A stretch of 64,000 nucleotides of DNA from Desulfosoma sp. (GTDB lineage Bacteria; Desulfobacterota; Syntrophobacteria; Syntrophobacterales; DSM-9756): assembly GCA_037481835.1 (NCBI GenBank), contig JBBFKW010000004.1:176944-240943 (forward strand), read 5' to 3'. A program made the translations under genes and the position numbers. Under the pieces are notes generated by a model that saw nothing but the letters and a program-made list of their open reading frames with translations, did no database searches and was not told the DNA's origin. This document shows positions 1-9,243 of the stretch, piece after piece. Each line of letters begins with the position of its first letter. The first letter of the stretch is position 1.

Positions 1-683
1 AGGGGTTTGTCCTCCGCTTCCAGCTTTTCCAACACCTTGCGCAAATCCCGTCCCGTACCACTCTGGAAACTGGAAATGCGCACATACCCATAGCCCTTCT
101 CCAAAGGACGGGTCCGCACACTCTGGATGGAAATGATGTCCCGGGTCAGTTCGAATTCCAGCGGCTTGCGCTGCCCCTCCCGCATAATGGTCAGTTTCAC
201 CTTGGTCCCCTTGGGCCCACGCATTTTTTGGACGGCCTCCATCAGGCTCATTTCCTGGGTGGGAGCCCCGTCGATCTTGACGATCTGGTCGTTGGCCTGA
301 ATGCCCGCCTTGTCCGCCGGGGTTCCCTCCAGCGGGGCCACCACCGTCAAGACCCCGTTGCGGATGGTGATTTCGATGCCAATCCCGCCGAACTTGCCCT
401 TGGTCTCGATCTCCAACTCCTTGTAGTCTTCGGGGCGCAGAAAGGACGAGTGCGGATCCAGCTCGCGAAGCATCCCGCTGATGGCCCCGTAGATGAGCTT
501 CTGGGAATCGACCTGCTCCACGTAGTGTTCCTGGACCAAGTTCATCACGTCACTGAACAGTTTGAGCTGCTCATAAACCCCTTTTTCGGCCCCCGTCGCC
601 ATGGCCCTCAACCCCATCCATCCGGCAAAGGCCACACACGCGGTCATGATCACCAAACGGGTTTTTCGGCTCCCTTTTCGCAT
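1..683 (-). CDS. ctpA: S41-family carboxyl-terminal processing protease (5' part; runs off the window)
   Basis: Manual minus-strand translation gives LDPHSSFL...GKFGGIGIEITIRNGVLTVVAPLEGTPADKAGIQANDQIVKIDG (PDZ) and GYGYVRISSFQ. ATG at 683 follows AAGGAAAGAAAG. Confidence 0.88.
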   Translation of the reverse strand, partial: MRKGSRKTRLVIMTACVAFAGWMGLRAMATGAEKGVYEQLKLFSDVMNLVQEHYVEQVDSQKLIYGAISGMLRELDPHSSFLRPEDYKELEIETKGKFGGIGIEITIRNGVLTVVAPLEGTPADKAGIQANDQIVKIDGAPTQEMSLMEAVQKMRGPKGTKVKLTIMREGQRKPLEFELTRDIISIQSVRTRPLEKGYGYVRISSFQSGTGRDLRKVLEKLEAEDKP

Positions 684-994
684 CTTTCTTTCCTTTGAGT
701 CTCAGGAAGTTGATCCACGCCACACCTTACGAGGGCCTTGAAGAGCTGAGCCCAATTTCTTTTTTATTATAGAAAAAGCGGGGATCGGAAGAATGATTTT
801 TTCACGACGATTATCCTTCTGATATCGCTAAAAGAACCCGCTTCTCATAAGGGATTGCCCTTTGTGTGTCAAGCGGCTATAAAGGCGACCGGCATGCGTC
901 GCGACCCGGCACGTGTGTCCGAGACCGCGCCGAACTTTGGGCATTCGGCCGGCGAAGACTTGGCGGCGATCCGCGAGGGGAATGAGGAGGCGGT

Positions 995-1558
995 ATGGCC
1001 GAAATCAAGAGCACCTTGGACATCGTCCTGGAAAAGACCAAGCACCTCGTTCTCACTCCCGAAGAACGGCACGCCATGGAACGCCGAGAGCATCTGGAGA
1101 AGGTGCCCGGCATCGTGCAGAGGTTCTTGGACGACGCCTGGACCGTCGACCACATGGCGGAGGCCTGGCAGGCCATCCCCGAAGTTTTTCGAGAAGAGGC
1201 CCGCAGGGAGATCGTCCGGAAACTCCTGGACGCTTTGAGCCCCGAAGAAACCGGGGGAAAGATCGCCACCGCCCTGAAGGCCTTCGCCGCGCCCGCCGAC
1301 ATCCCTTATCTCGAACGTTTGGGCCGTCTCGTCACGCCCGGTCCCCAATCCCAGTCTTCCTGGGAAGGGCGGCGGCAGCGCCTTCTGGACAAACTTGCCG
1401 AAAGAGGCATCGGCGGGGACGCCGTTCATGTGACGCCCGACGTGGATCCCCTCTGGCATGAAACCCGCCAAAGCTTGGCCCGGGACATCGCCGCGTTGAA
1501 AGCCGAGTGGCTCACGGCCCTGGCCGCAGAAAACCCGGCGCGCCCTCACGGGCGCTAG
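995..1558 (+). CDS. Hypothetical helical protein (MAEIKSTLDIVLEKTKHL...)
   Basis: Strong GAGGAGG RBS before the ATG and protein-like composition; no catalytic motif recognised. Confidence 0.75.
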   Translation: MAEIKSTLDIVLEKTKHLVLTPEERHAMERREHLEKVPGIVQRFLDDAWTVDHMAEAWQAIPEVFREEARREIVRKLLDALSPEETGGKIATALKAFAAPADIPYLERLGRLVTPGPQSQSSWEGRRQRLLDKLAERGIGGDAVHVTPDVDPLWHETRQSLARDIAALKAEWLTALAAENPARPHGR

Positions 1559-1581
1559 ACGGCGCAAAGTATCCTGTCTTC

Positions 1582-2250
1582 TCAAACCTGAGGCCCGAAG
1601 AAATACTGGCGGATCAGGTAAAAATTCTCCTTTACCGCACCCCGGCCTTCCAGCATGGGGCCGTGGCCCGGGCACAGCAGCCTGACATCCAGGCCCATGA
1701 GCTTTTCAAGGCTTCGAGCCAGGAGGGCGGCGTTGCCGCCCGGAAGGTCCACACGGCCCACGCTCTGGACGAAAACCACGTCTCCGGAAAAAAGCACCCC
1801 TTCCTTTTCCCAGTAGAAACACACCGATCCCGGAGCGTGCCCCGGCGTTTCCAGCACGCGGAAAACCTCCGGCCCCAATGTCAACCGGCCTTCCTTCACG
1901 AAAAAATCCACGGGGAACTCGGGCATTTTTCGACCGGTCACATGTTCCCATTGCGCGCTGAAGCTCTTGATGAACGTCTGAGCCTCCTCGTGCATGGCGA
2001 TGAGCGCCCCCAGTTCCTTGAGTCTCAGCAACCCTTCGCAATGGTCCGGGTGAGGATGGGTCGATAAAGCCAGTTGCACGTCTTCCAGGGTGAAACCGTC
2101 TTGCGCCATCCGCGCTTCCAGATGATGGAGCAGATGGGCGTGGCCGGGATCGATGAGAGTCTTGACGGGACCGTCGATAAAGTAGCTGTTGCAGTTGTTT
2201 TCCGTGTAGCTTTCCCAAGGGTAGACGTAAAGTCCTTCAGGTAGAGACAT
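1582..2250 (-). CDS. MBL-fold metallo-hydrolase (glyoxalase II-like)
   Basis: THPHPDH, TPGHAPG, FSGD and PGHG motifs. Confidence 0.9.
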   Translation of the reverse strand: MSLPEGLYVYPWESYTENNCNSYFIDGPVKTLIDPGHAHLLHHLEARMAQDGFTLEDVQLALSTHPHPDHCEGLLRLKELGALIAMHEEAQTFIKSFSAQWEHVTGRKMPEFPVDFFVKEGRLTLGPEVFRVLETPGHAPGSVCFYWEKEGVLFSGDVVFVQSVGRVDLPGGNAALLARSLEKLMGLDVRLLCPGHGPMLEGRGAVKENFYLIRQYFFGPQV

Positions 2251-2325
2251 CGTTGTGCGAACCTCCGGGTTTTTCTTCACGGGTGCCCATATCGGACCGC
2301 GGGGGTTTTTAGCGAATCGGCGCTC

Positions 2326-3246
2326 TTACAGTCCCGAGGCATGCCGGCTTTCCTCATGGCCCGGAAACCGTCCCGGCATGGGATGCCATCGGAAGGCATC
2401 ACGCAAACACACGCGGATGTTGCTGTAAATGCCTCTCCGGCTGTTGATGAGATAAAGGCGATGGTTGACGTGAAACAACTCGTGAACCAGCCGATTCACC
2501 TCTATGCTTTCTTCCTTCCCCGATTCGGCCAGAGCCTCTTGGAAAAGGAGGGCGATTTTGTCACGCATGCGCAGTTCCGTATCCACCAAGAAGACAGCCA
2601 CATCCGGCTGCACCTCCCCGAGCCGGTTCAAGAAAGCCTTGACGGCGGGCATCTCCACACCCCTAGGGGGCGAGGATTTCACTTCCACGACCACAAGGCG
2701 GTGATTCACGAGAGCGATCACGTCGTAGTCGCCCCCATGCCGGGTGCGATCGAGCCGAACGTTGAAAATGGCAGGAGCCAGGAATTCACGCTGAAAGATC
2801 TGCCACACGAACCATTCCAGCGTGGGGCCGAAACTGGGCACGGGCCCGCGGACCCACTGCCAGCGCCCCTGGGCCTCCAGGGATATGACGCCAATGTGCT
2901 CAAGTTCCCTGAGATAGCTTCTCACGGTCTTCAGGGAACAGTACCTGGTGAGGGATTCCAGGGAAGGCGCTCCCGAGCTGTGGATCAAATCCCGCACGAA
3001 CAATCGAAAGGAATACCGCCGCAGCAGCTCGTAGAGGCGATCTGCGGCCCACTGGGGCGCCTCGGGCGGCAGCATGACGTGCGTCATGTCTCCGTGAGTC
3101 GCCACGGGGAAGCCCCTTTGGCTCAAGGCGCTCTCCACGGGATGGGCCCAAGCCCCTTGCGAGGCCTTGAGCGCCCACAGCTCCTGCTGCAAGCGGTCGA
3201 GCCGTTCCGAAAGCCGGCGAATGGCCTCCCACTCCTTATCCCCCAT
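2326..3246 (-). CDS. Hypothetical protein with a C-terminal PD-(D/E)XK nuclease-like motif
   Basis: LEWFV...GDYDVIA...VVEVKS. The start is coupled to the upstream stop by a TGATG overlap at 3244-3248. Confidence 0.7.
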   Translation of the reverse strand: MGDKEWEAIRRLSERLDRLQQELWALKASQGAWAHPVESALSQRGFPVATHGDMTHVMLPPEAPQWAADRLYELLRRYSFRLFVRDLIHSSGAPSLESLTRYCSLKTVRSYLRELEHIGVISLEAQGRWQWVRGPVPSFGPTLEWFVWQIFQREFLAPAIFNVRLDRTRHGGDYDVIALVNHRLVVVEVKSSPPRGVEMPAVKAFLNRLGEVQPDVAVFLVDTELRMRDKIALLFQEALAESGKEESIEVNRLVHELFHVNHRLYLINSRRGIYSNIRVCLRDAFRWHPMPGRFPGHEESRHASGL

Positions 3247-5177
3247 CAGGACGAGACCTCGGTCAGGCAAATGTCCACGGGTTTGTCGAAATGGACCCGG
3301 ATTTCGTAGAAGCCTTCCATGAAGGAACTATCCACAAGATAGCCCAGTTTCTGGAATACACCGAAGACTCTTTCGTTCCCCGGGCGGATGTAGGCCCGAA
3401 ATTGGCGGATGCCGTTCTTTATGGCGATTTCGGCGAGATACTGGATCATAAAGGAGGCGATGCCGCGTCGGCCGTAGTCGGGATGGACCGCAAAATCCAC
3501 TTCCGCTCCAACGGATTCTTCGTCGGCGATAAAACGCCCAACGGCGACGACCCGCTCCTCGTCGATATCCCCCACCAATCCCAGCAGGGTCATTTCCTTT
3601 TCGTAATCGATATTCACCAATCGGTTCACGTCCACTTGGGGATATACTTTCATGGTGGACAAAAACCGGATGTAAGCCTCGTCTTTCGGCAGCGCATAGA
3701 AAAACTCCCTGAGAAACCGCTCGTCGGTGGGCTTGGCGGGCCGGAAAAAAACTTCCGTCTCATCGTCGAAAACCTGAGTGACCTCCAGCTCCTCAGGATA
3801 AATGGCCTTGGCGGCTCTGATGGCGAACTGCTCCTTTTTCAGCAACTGGATCCGGTACGCATGACGGGTGAGCTCCTCGCGAAACTCGGGATGGGCGATG
3901 CCGATGAGGGCCTGGGCCCTTTCCCGAAGGCTCTTGCCCTGAAGTTGGGCGATGCCGTATTCCGTCACCACGTACTGGACACCCCCCCGCGTGGTCACCA
4001 CGCCGCCGCCGGGCGTCAGCGTGGGGACGATGCGCGAACGCCCGTCTTCCGTCAAGGACGGCAGGACCGTGATCGTTTTGCCCCCTTTGGAATTGCGGGC
4101 GCCTCGCAGAAAATCCACAGCCCCTCCCACACCGCTGTAGATTTGGTAACCCATGGAATCGGAACACACCTGGCCGGTGAGATCGATCTCCAAAGCGGAA
4201 TTGACGGTGACCATCTTGTCGTTTTGAGAAATGACCAGATAGTTGTTCGTGTATTCTACCGGGAAAAGGGCCACCATGGGATTGTTGTGGACGAAATCGT
4301 AGAGTGCCCGCGTGCCGATGCAGAAACTGGCGACGATCTTTCCTGGATGGAGCGTCTTTTTCGCGTTGGTGATCACCCCCTGTTCCACGAGGTGAAGATA
4401 GGGGTCGGTCAGCATGTCCGTATGGACGCCGATGTCTTTTTTTTCTTCCAAGGCGTAGAGAACGGCGCTGGGAATGGATCCCACGCCGACCCGGATGGTG
4501 GACCCGTCCTCGATGAGCTTGGCCGCTTGGGCGCCGATGGCCGAAGCGACGGGGCCCACCGGGGTCGGTGGCATTTCCAACAAGGGCTCGTCCCAGGCGA
4601 TGATGGTGTCCAATTCGTCGATGTGAATAAAGGAATCCCCAAGGGTTCGAGGCATGTGGCTGTTGATTTGGGCAATGACCGTTTTGGCGCTTTCTGCGGC
4701 CGCCTTGACGATATCCACGGAAATGCCGAGAGAGCAGAATCCGTGGTCATCGGGCGGTGAAACCTGGATCAGGGCCACGTCAATAGGTAGAGCGCCGCTT
4801 CGAAAAAGTCCGGGAACATCCCCCAGGTTAATGGGCGTGTAATCGGCCCGGCCTTCGGCTACCGCCTTGCGGGACGCCGCCGCCACGAAGAAGGATTTCA
4901 AGCGGCACTTGTCATGGTAGCTTTCCTCCAGGAAGGTGTGCGTCCCGAGGCTCAAAATGTGAAGGATTTCAATATCTGCCAGCTTGGGTAGCGTCTCTTC
5001 CAAAGCGCGCACCAGATGCTGGGGTTCCCCGCACCCCGACCCGATGAAGACTCTCTGGCCCCGCTTCAGCGCCTTGAAAGCACGGCGGGTGTCCGTAAGC
5101 TTCTTTTCGAACCGTTCCCGCCATGCATCCACGGCAGGTGGCCCCGTTTCCCGGGAACTGTTTCGGGTTTCGCTCAT
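3246..5177 (-). CDS. Acetyl-CoA hydrolase/CoA-transferase domain fused to a C-terminal GNAT acetyltransferase
   Basis: GRADYTP, DVALIQVSPPDDHGFCSLG, SGVGGAVDF and YVVTEYGIAQL; C-terminal VHPDYGRRGIAS GNAT motif A. ATGA overlap with the lgt stop. Confidence 0.88.
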   Translation of the reverse strand: MSETRNSSRETGPPAVDAWRERFEKKLTDTRRAFKALKRGQRVFIGSGCGEPQHLVRALEETLPKLADIEILHILSLGTHTFLEESYHDKCRLKSFFVAAASRKAVAEGRADYTPINLGDVPGLFRSGALPIDVALIQVSPPDDHGFCSLGISVDIVKAAAESAKTVIAQINSHMPRTLGDSFIHIDELDTIIAWDEPLLEMPPTPVGPVASAIGAQAAKLIEDGSTIRVGVGSIPSAVLYALEEKKDIGVHTDMLTDPYLHLVEQGVITNAKKTLHPGKIVASFCIGTRALYDFVHNNPMVALFPVEYTNNYLVISQNDKMVTVNSALEIDLTGQVCSDSMGYQIYSGVGGAVDFLRGARNSKGGKTITVLPSLTEDGRSRIVPTLTPGGGVVTTRGGVQYVVTEYGIAQLQGKSLRERAQALIGIAHPEFREELTRHAYRIQLLKKEQFAIRAAKAIYPEELEVTQVFDDETEVFFRPAKPTDERFLREFFYALPKDEAYIRFLSTMKVYPQVDVNRLVNIDYEKEMTLLGLVGDIDEERVVAVGRFIADEESVGAEVDFAVHPDYGRRGIASFMIQYLAEIAIKNGIRQFRAYIRPGNERVFGVFQKLGYLVDSSFMEGFYEIRVHFDKPVDICLTEVSS

Positions 5178-5992
5178 GCGCTCCGTTTCCTCATGTTTTC
5201 CGACGGCGCACGGTTTTGGCGTCGCCAAAGATAAAGGATCGCCGCCGCGGCCATCATGGCCGCGCACAGCACCTGTCCCATGGTCCAATGCCCCCAAAGA
5301 AACCCTAGGTTTTCGTCGGGCTCTCGAAAGAACTCGAGGAAAAACCGGATGAAGCCGTAAAAGAAAAGGAAAGCCGTGGCGATCACTCCATGCGGGAGCT
5401 CCTTTCTCGATAGAACCCACAGGATGGCGAAAAGAAGAGCCCCTTCGCCAAAAGCTTCATAGATCTGGGACGGGTGCCGTGGCACCGGGCCGCCGTCGGG
5501 AAAGACCATGGCCCAGGGCACATCGCTGGGCCTGCCGAAAAGTTCCCCGTTGATGAAATTGCCGATCCGTCCCAGGCCCAATCCGATGGGCGCCGTCACG
5601 GCCACGCAGTCCGCTGTGCCCCAAAACGGCAGGCGGGAGCGCCGGCAAAAGAGCCATCCCGCACACAAAGCCCCGAGAAATCCCCCGTGAAACGACATGC
5701 CTCCATGCCACGTGGCAATGATCTCCAGGGGATGGCTCCAGTAGTATGCCCAGTTGTCATACTGATAGAAAAGGAGAAACCCCAGGCGCGCCCCAACGAC
5801 CAAGCCCACGGCCAGATAGAGGATCATGTCCTGCATTCGCTCGGAAGTGAGGCCGATCTCCTTGGCCTTTGGAAGCCTGGGGGCGATAAAATAGGTGGCG
5901 AGAAATCCGAGGACGTACATCAGGCCGTACCATCGAATGCGGATCGGCCCGACGGCGATGATTTCCGGTCGAATCTCAGGATAAGGAATCAT
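5174..5992 (-). CDS. lgt: Prolipoprotein diacylglyceryl transferase
   Basis: RWYGLMY, GGMSFHGG, GRIGNFINGEL and RHPSQIYE signatures. Confidence 0.97.
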   Translation of the reverse strand: MIPYPEIRPEIIAVGPIRIRWYGLMYVLGFLATYFIAPRLPKAKEIGLTSERMQDMILYLAVGLVVGARLGFLLFYQYDNWAYYWSHPLEIIATWHGGMSFHGGFLGALCAGWLFCRRSRLPFWGTADCVAVTAPIGLGLGRIGNFINGELFGRPSDVPWAMVFPDGGPVPRHPSQIYEAFGEGALLFAILWVLSRKELPHGVIATAFLFFYGFIRFFLEFFREPDENLGFLWGHWTMGQVLCAAMMAAAAILYLWRRQNRAPSENMRKRSA

Positions 5993-6083
5993 GCGGTTTC
6001 AACCTCCCGTTCAGGCGCATATAAACACACGCACGCCGAAACCGTCAACGCCGCCGGGAATCCGTTCCCCCGAAGGCCAACCG

Positions 6084-6326
6084 TCAGCATTCTCGGAAGA
6101 CCGGCGGGAGATGGCTCATGAGCATCGACCGCGTAGAAGACATCGTTCGGAGGCTCCTTTCCAGCGAGGCGGCGATCGAGCGATGGGCTTCCAGGCTCAT
6201 GTCCTGGGCCTCGTCCACGACCCCCAGCTGGGAAAACAGGACGTCCCCGTTGCTTTGCAGGACAAAGCGCACCCCCGCAAGATCTCTTCGCGTTCCTTCA
6301 GGCTGTGTTCCTGCGGCTGAACGCAC
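6084..6326 (-). CDS. Small hypothetical protein (80 aa)
   Basis: GGAGG-AATA-GTG start; lies upstream of and co-oriented with lgt; no recognisable motif. Confidence 0.4.
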   Translation of the reverse strand: MRSAAGTQPEGTRRDLAGVRFVLQSNGDVLFSQLGVVDEAQDMSLEAHRSIAASLERSLRTMSSTRSMLMSHLPPVFREC

Positions 6327-6494
6327 TATTCCTCCAACACAGGCCAGACGGCGGCATGCTCAAGCCGATTCAGATGGCCGATGCAAAGGGGTTCAGCCTG
6401 AGGCTGCAGGCATCAGAGCCGGCTTTCCCGAGCACGGCCTGGGAAGGCCCCACGGCGTCCACCGTCCATGAGTGCCGCCTGAAAGGGGAGGCGA

Positions 6495-6525
6495 TTGACC
6501 TTGATGCCATGATGCGATAGCATCA
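6495..6525 (+). promoter_or_regulatory. Sigma70 promoter of vapBC with an overlapping operator palindrome
   Basis: TTGACC(6495-6500)-17bp-TAGCAT(6518-6523). Inverted repeat TGATGC-GATA-GCATCA at 6510-6525, plus an extra TGATGC at 6502-6507. Confidence 0.65.
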
Positions 6526-6605
6526 CAACGTAAAGACGGAAACCGGCGCCCGGGTTGCGGGCCGATAAAGGATGAGACGCTGCCATTCCAAAGGAGGCGA
6601 TCGCC

Positions 6606-6851
6606 ATGCGCACCACACTGGATATTGACGACGATGTATTGGCGGCGGTCAAGGAATTGGCCCGTCGGGAACGCGCGGCCGTGGGACGGGTCCTTTCCAG
6701 ATTGGCACGCCAGGCTCTGATCGGAGAAACGGCCGGAGCCCGGACCGATGATGCCCAGGAGGTCGTGGCCGGCTTCCGACCCTTTCCCCCCCGGGGCGTT
6801 GTCGTCACCAATGAGCTCATCGATCAGCTTCGAGACCGGGAAGGGCTGTAA
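6606..6851 (+). CDS. vapB: VapB-like ribbon-helix-helix antitoxin
   Basis: MRTTLDIDDDVL N-terminus, VVTNELIDQLRD C-terminus and AAGGAGG RBS. TAATG overlap with the PIN gene. Confidence 0.88.
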   Translation: MRTTLDIDDDVLAAVKELARRERAAVGRVLSRLARQALIGETAGARTDDAQEVVAGFRPFPPRGVVVTNELIDQLRDREGL

Positions 6852-7282
6852 TGCGTTCTCTGCTGGATGTGAACGTGCTGATCGCCCTCCTGGATGCCGC
6901 CCATGTCCACCATCGGCGTGCCGTTTCTTGGCTTCAGCAGGAAGTCCGCCACGGCTGGGCATCCTGCCCGATCACCCAGAATGGGTGCATCCGAATCATG
7001 TCCCATCCCGCCTATCCCAATCCCCTGCCTGCCGCGCAAGTGGTGCGCCGGCTTCGGGAAGCCTCGGAAAATCCGGCCCATGAATTTTGGCCGGATGACA
7101 TCAATCTCTTGAGTTCTCCTGTTTTCGACTGGTCGAGGCTCTTCAGTCATCGCCAGATCACCGATACGTATCTTCTGGCCATGGCAGTCCGCCACAAAGG
7201 CAGACTGGTCACGTTTGACCAATGTATTGCGCACGACGCCGTGAAAGGGGCGCGAGAGAGGAATCTCGTGGTCTTAAGGTAA
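6851..7282 (+). CDS. vapC: VapC-family PIN-domain ribonuclease toxin
   Basis: LLDVNVLIAL, QITDTYLLAMA and LVTFD PIN acidic motifs. Confidence 0.92.
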   Translation: MRSLLDVNVLIALLDAAHVHHRRAVSWLQQEVRHGWASCPITQNGCIRIMSHPAYPNPLPAAQVVRRLREASENPAHEFWPDDINLLSSPVFDWSRLFSHRQITDTYLLAMAVRHKGRLVTFDQCIAHDAVKGARERNLVVLR

Positions 7283-7642
7283 TGGGTTCCCGACAAGTCG
7301 GACATCGGACAAAAGGTATCACTTCGCGCGACAATATAACGGAAAGATCTTCGAAGTTGCAGAGATCAAGCTTCCTCTCATTGCCTGAACGGGAGCCAAT
7401 CCAGAACCAGATCAAAGGTCTTTCGAAAATCATAAAGTGCCTTCAAGGGGAACCGCCTCGCCTGCTTTGTCTTCCGCGACGGCCCCATCGGGCGTCGCCA
7501 TGCCGTTTCCCGGCAGCCCGTTGGAAGACAGCCCCAAGTGTTTGATCATCCATGGCGGACCGGGATGCCGCCGTCCCGGCAAAAATCCGCAAAACTCATG
7601 GCACAAACGCCCCTGCCCAATATCCGCCATGGGCTCCATGCG

Positions 7643-7671
7643 TTGACACTGCGGGGGCCCTATGGCATAGT
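7643..7671 (+). promoter_or_regulatory. Sigma70 promoter for ALDH-mobB-mobA-moeA
   Basis: TTGACA-17bp-CATAGT with an extended -10 TG. Confidence 0.55.
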
Positions 7672-7760
7672 CTGAGCCCCGTTGCCGGACCTTTTTTCGA
7701 GGATCCGGCTGTCACGACAATCCTTCGGCTCTCGGACTTTTTCAACACGTGCAGGCGGTA

Positions 7761-9230
7761 ATGAGGAGCGCACTCTTGGGGCACAGCGTGGGAGAAGAAC
7801 CGCCCGGGAAAAGGCTTGGGTGCTGGATCGACGGCACCGAGCGGTTCGCGGAACCGTGGATGGCCGTCTGCGACCCGGCGACCGAGGACCCTCTCGCCCA
7901 TGTTCCCGTCTGTGACGCCTCCTGGGTTCATCGGGCCGTGACCGGGGCCGTCCAAGCCCAAAAGGCGTGGGCGAAAGAACCGCCCCACCGCCGCCGCGAT
8001 GTCCTGCGTTCCTTGGCTTGTCTCGTTCGCACCCGCAAAGACGACCTCTCGGGCCTGCTCAGCCGAGAAACCGGCAAACCCCGGAGCGCGGCCGCCTCCG
8101 AGGTCGACAATACGGCTCAATTGATCGAGTATTTTGCAGAAGAAGCCTATCGCCTCTCGGGCCTGCTGCCTCTCTTGGGGGATCCGGGACGACACACCCT
8201 GGTCGTCCGCGAACCCGTGGGCGTGGTGGCGGCCATCACCCCCTTCAACTATCCGCTGAGCACCCTCATCTGCAAGGCGGCGCCCGCCTTGGCCGTGGGA
8301 TGCGCCGTGGTGGCCAAGCCCGATGAACATACCCCTCTTGCGTCCTTGGCCCTTGCAAAGCTTTCCGCGGAAGCGGGTCTTCCGCCGGGCCTCTTCCAGG
8401 TGGTCACCGGGCCGGGGCCTTTAACCGGCGCCATGCTGGTGGACCACCCCGCCATCCGTTGCATTTCCTTTACGGGCAGCACCGAAGTGGGTAAGGAGAT
8501 CCAGAGGCGGGCCGCCTCGGGCGTCAAGCGCCTCATCCTGGAACTGGGCGGCACCTGCCCCGCCGTGATCTGCGAAGATGCGGATTGGCACTCCCATCTT
8601 CCTTCCATGATCGCCCAGGCCTACAAAAACTCCGGCCAGTATTGCTACCGCATCACGCGCTTCTACGTAGCCCAGTCCCTGTGGGAGGCATTCGTCACGG
8701 AATTCACGAAGCGCGTGATGGACCTCCGCGTGGGTCCCCCGGAGGAACCCGGCGTGGTCCTGGGGCCGCTCAACCACCGGGACATCCTCCGGCGCGTCGA
8801 GGAACAGGTGTCCCGGGCCCGGCAAGCGGGCGCCACGGTCCGCCAACCCCCCTTGCCCGGTCGGCTCACCCGTGGTTTCTACTATCCCCCGACCGTCATC
8901 ACGGATCTCCCGGCCCACTCGCCCCTCCTTGAGGAAGAAATCTTCGGGCCCGTGACCTTTCTCATCCCCTTTGACGGCGAAGAGGAAGCCGTGGCCGAGG
9001 CCAACCGCTCCCCATACGGCCTTGCCGCATACGTCTTTACGCGCGATCTGGGAAAAGGTCTGCGCTTGGCCCACGATCTGGAAGCAGGCAGTGTGTGGAT
9101 CAACGGCATTCACCAGGCCTTGCCGGACGCTCCCTTTGGGGGAATGAAACAAAGCGGCCTCGGCCGCGAAAAGTCCCGCTTCGGCGTCGAAGCCTTCACC
9201 GAGTTGAAGACGATCTACATGGCCTACTGA
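7761..9230 (+). CDS. NAD(P)-dependent aldehyde dehydrogenase family protein
   Basis: ITPFNYP, SFTGSTEVG, LELGG, NSGQYC (catalytic Cys), EEIFGP and PFGGMKQSG. Start is uncertain (7749 GTG or 7761 ATG). Confidence 0.92.
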   Translation: MRSALLGHSVGEEPPGKRLGCWIDGTERFAEPWMAVCDPATEDPLAHVPVCDASWVHRAVTGAVQAQKAWAKEPPHRRRDVLRSLACLVRTRKDDLSGLLSRETGKPRSAAASEVDNTAQLIEYFAEEAYRLSGLLPLLGDPGRHTLVVREPVGVVAAITPFNYPLSTLICKAAPALAVGCAVVAKPDEHTPLASLALAKLSAEAGLPPGLFQVVTGPGPLTGAMLVDHPAIRCISFTGSTEVGKEIQRRAASGVKRLILELGGTCPAVICEDADWHSHLPSMIAQAYKNSGQYCYRITRFYVAQSLWEAFVTEFTKRVMDLRVGPPEEPGVVLGPLNHRDILRRVEEQVSRARQAGATVRQPPLPGRLTRGFYYPPTVITDLPAHSPLLEEEIFGPVTFLIPFDGEEEAVAEANRSPYGLAAYVFTRDLGKGLRLAHDLEAGSVWINGIHQALPDAPFGGMKQSGLGREKSRFGVEAFTELKTIYMAY

Positions 9231-9243
9231 AAGGGGGCGGAAC

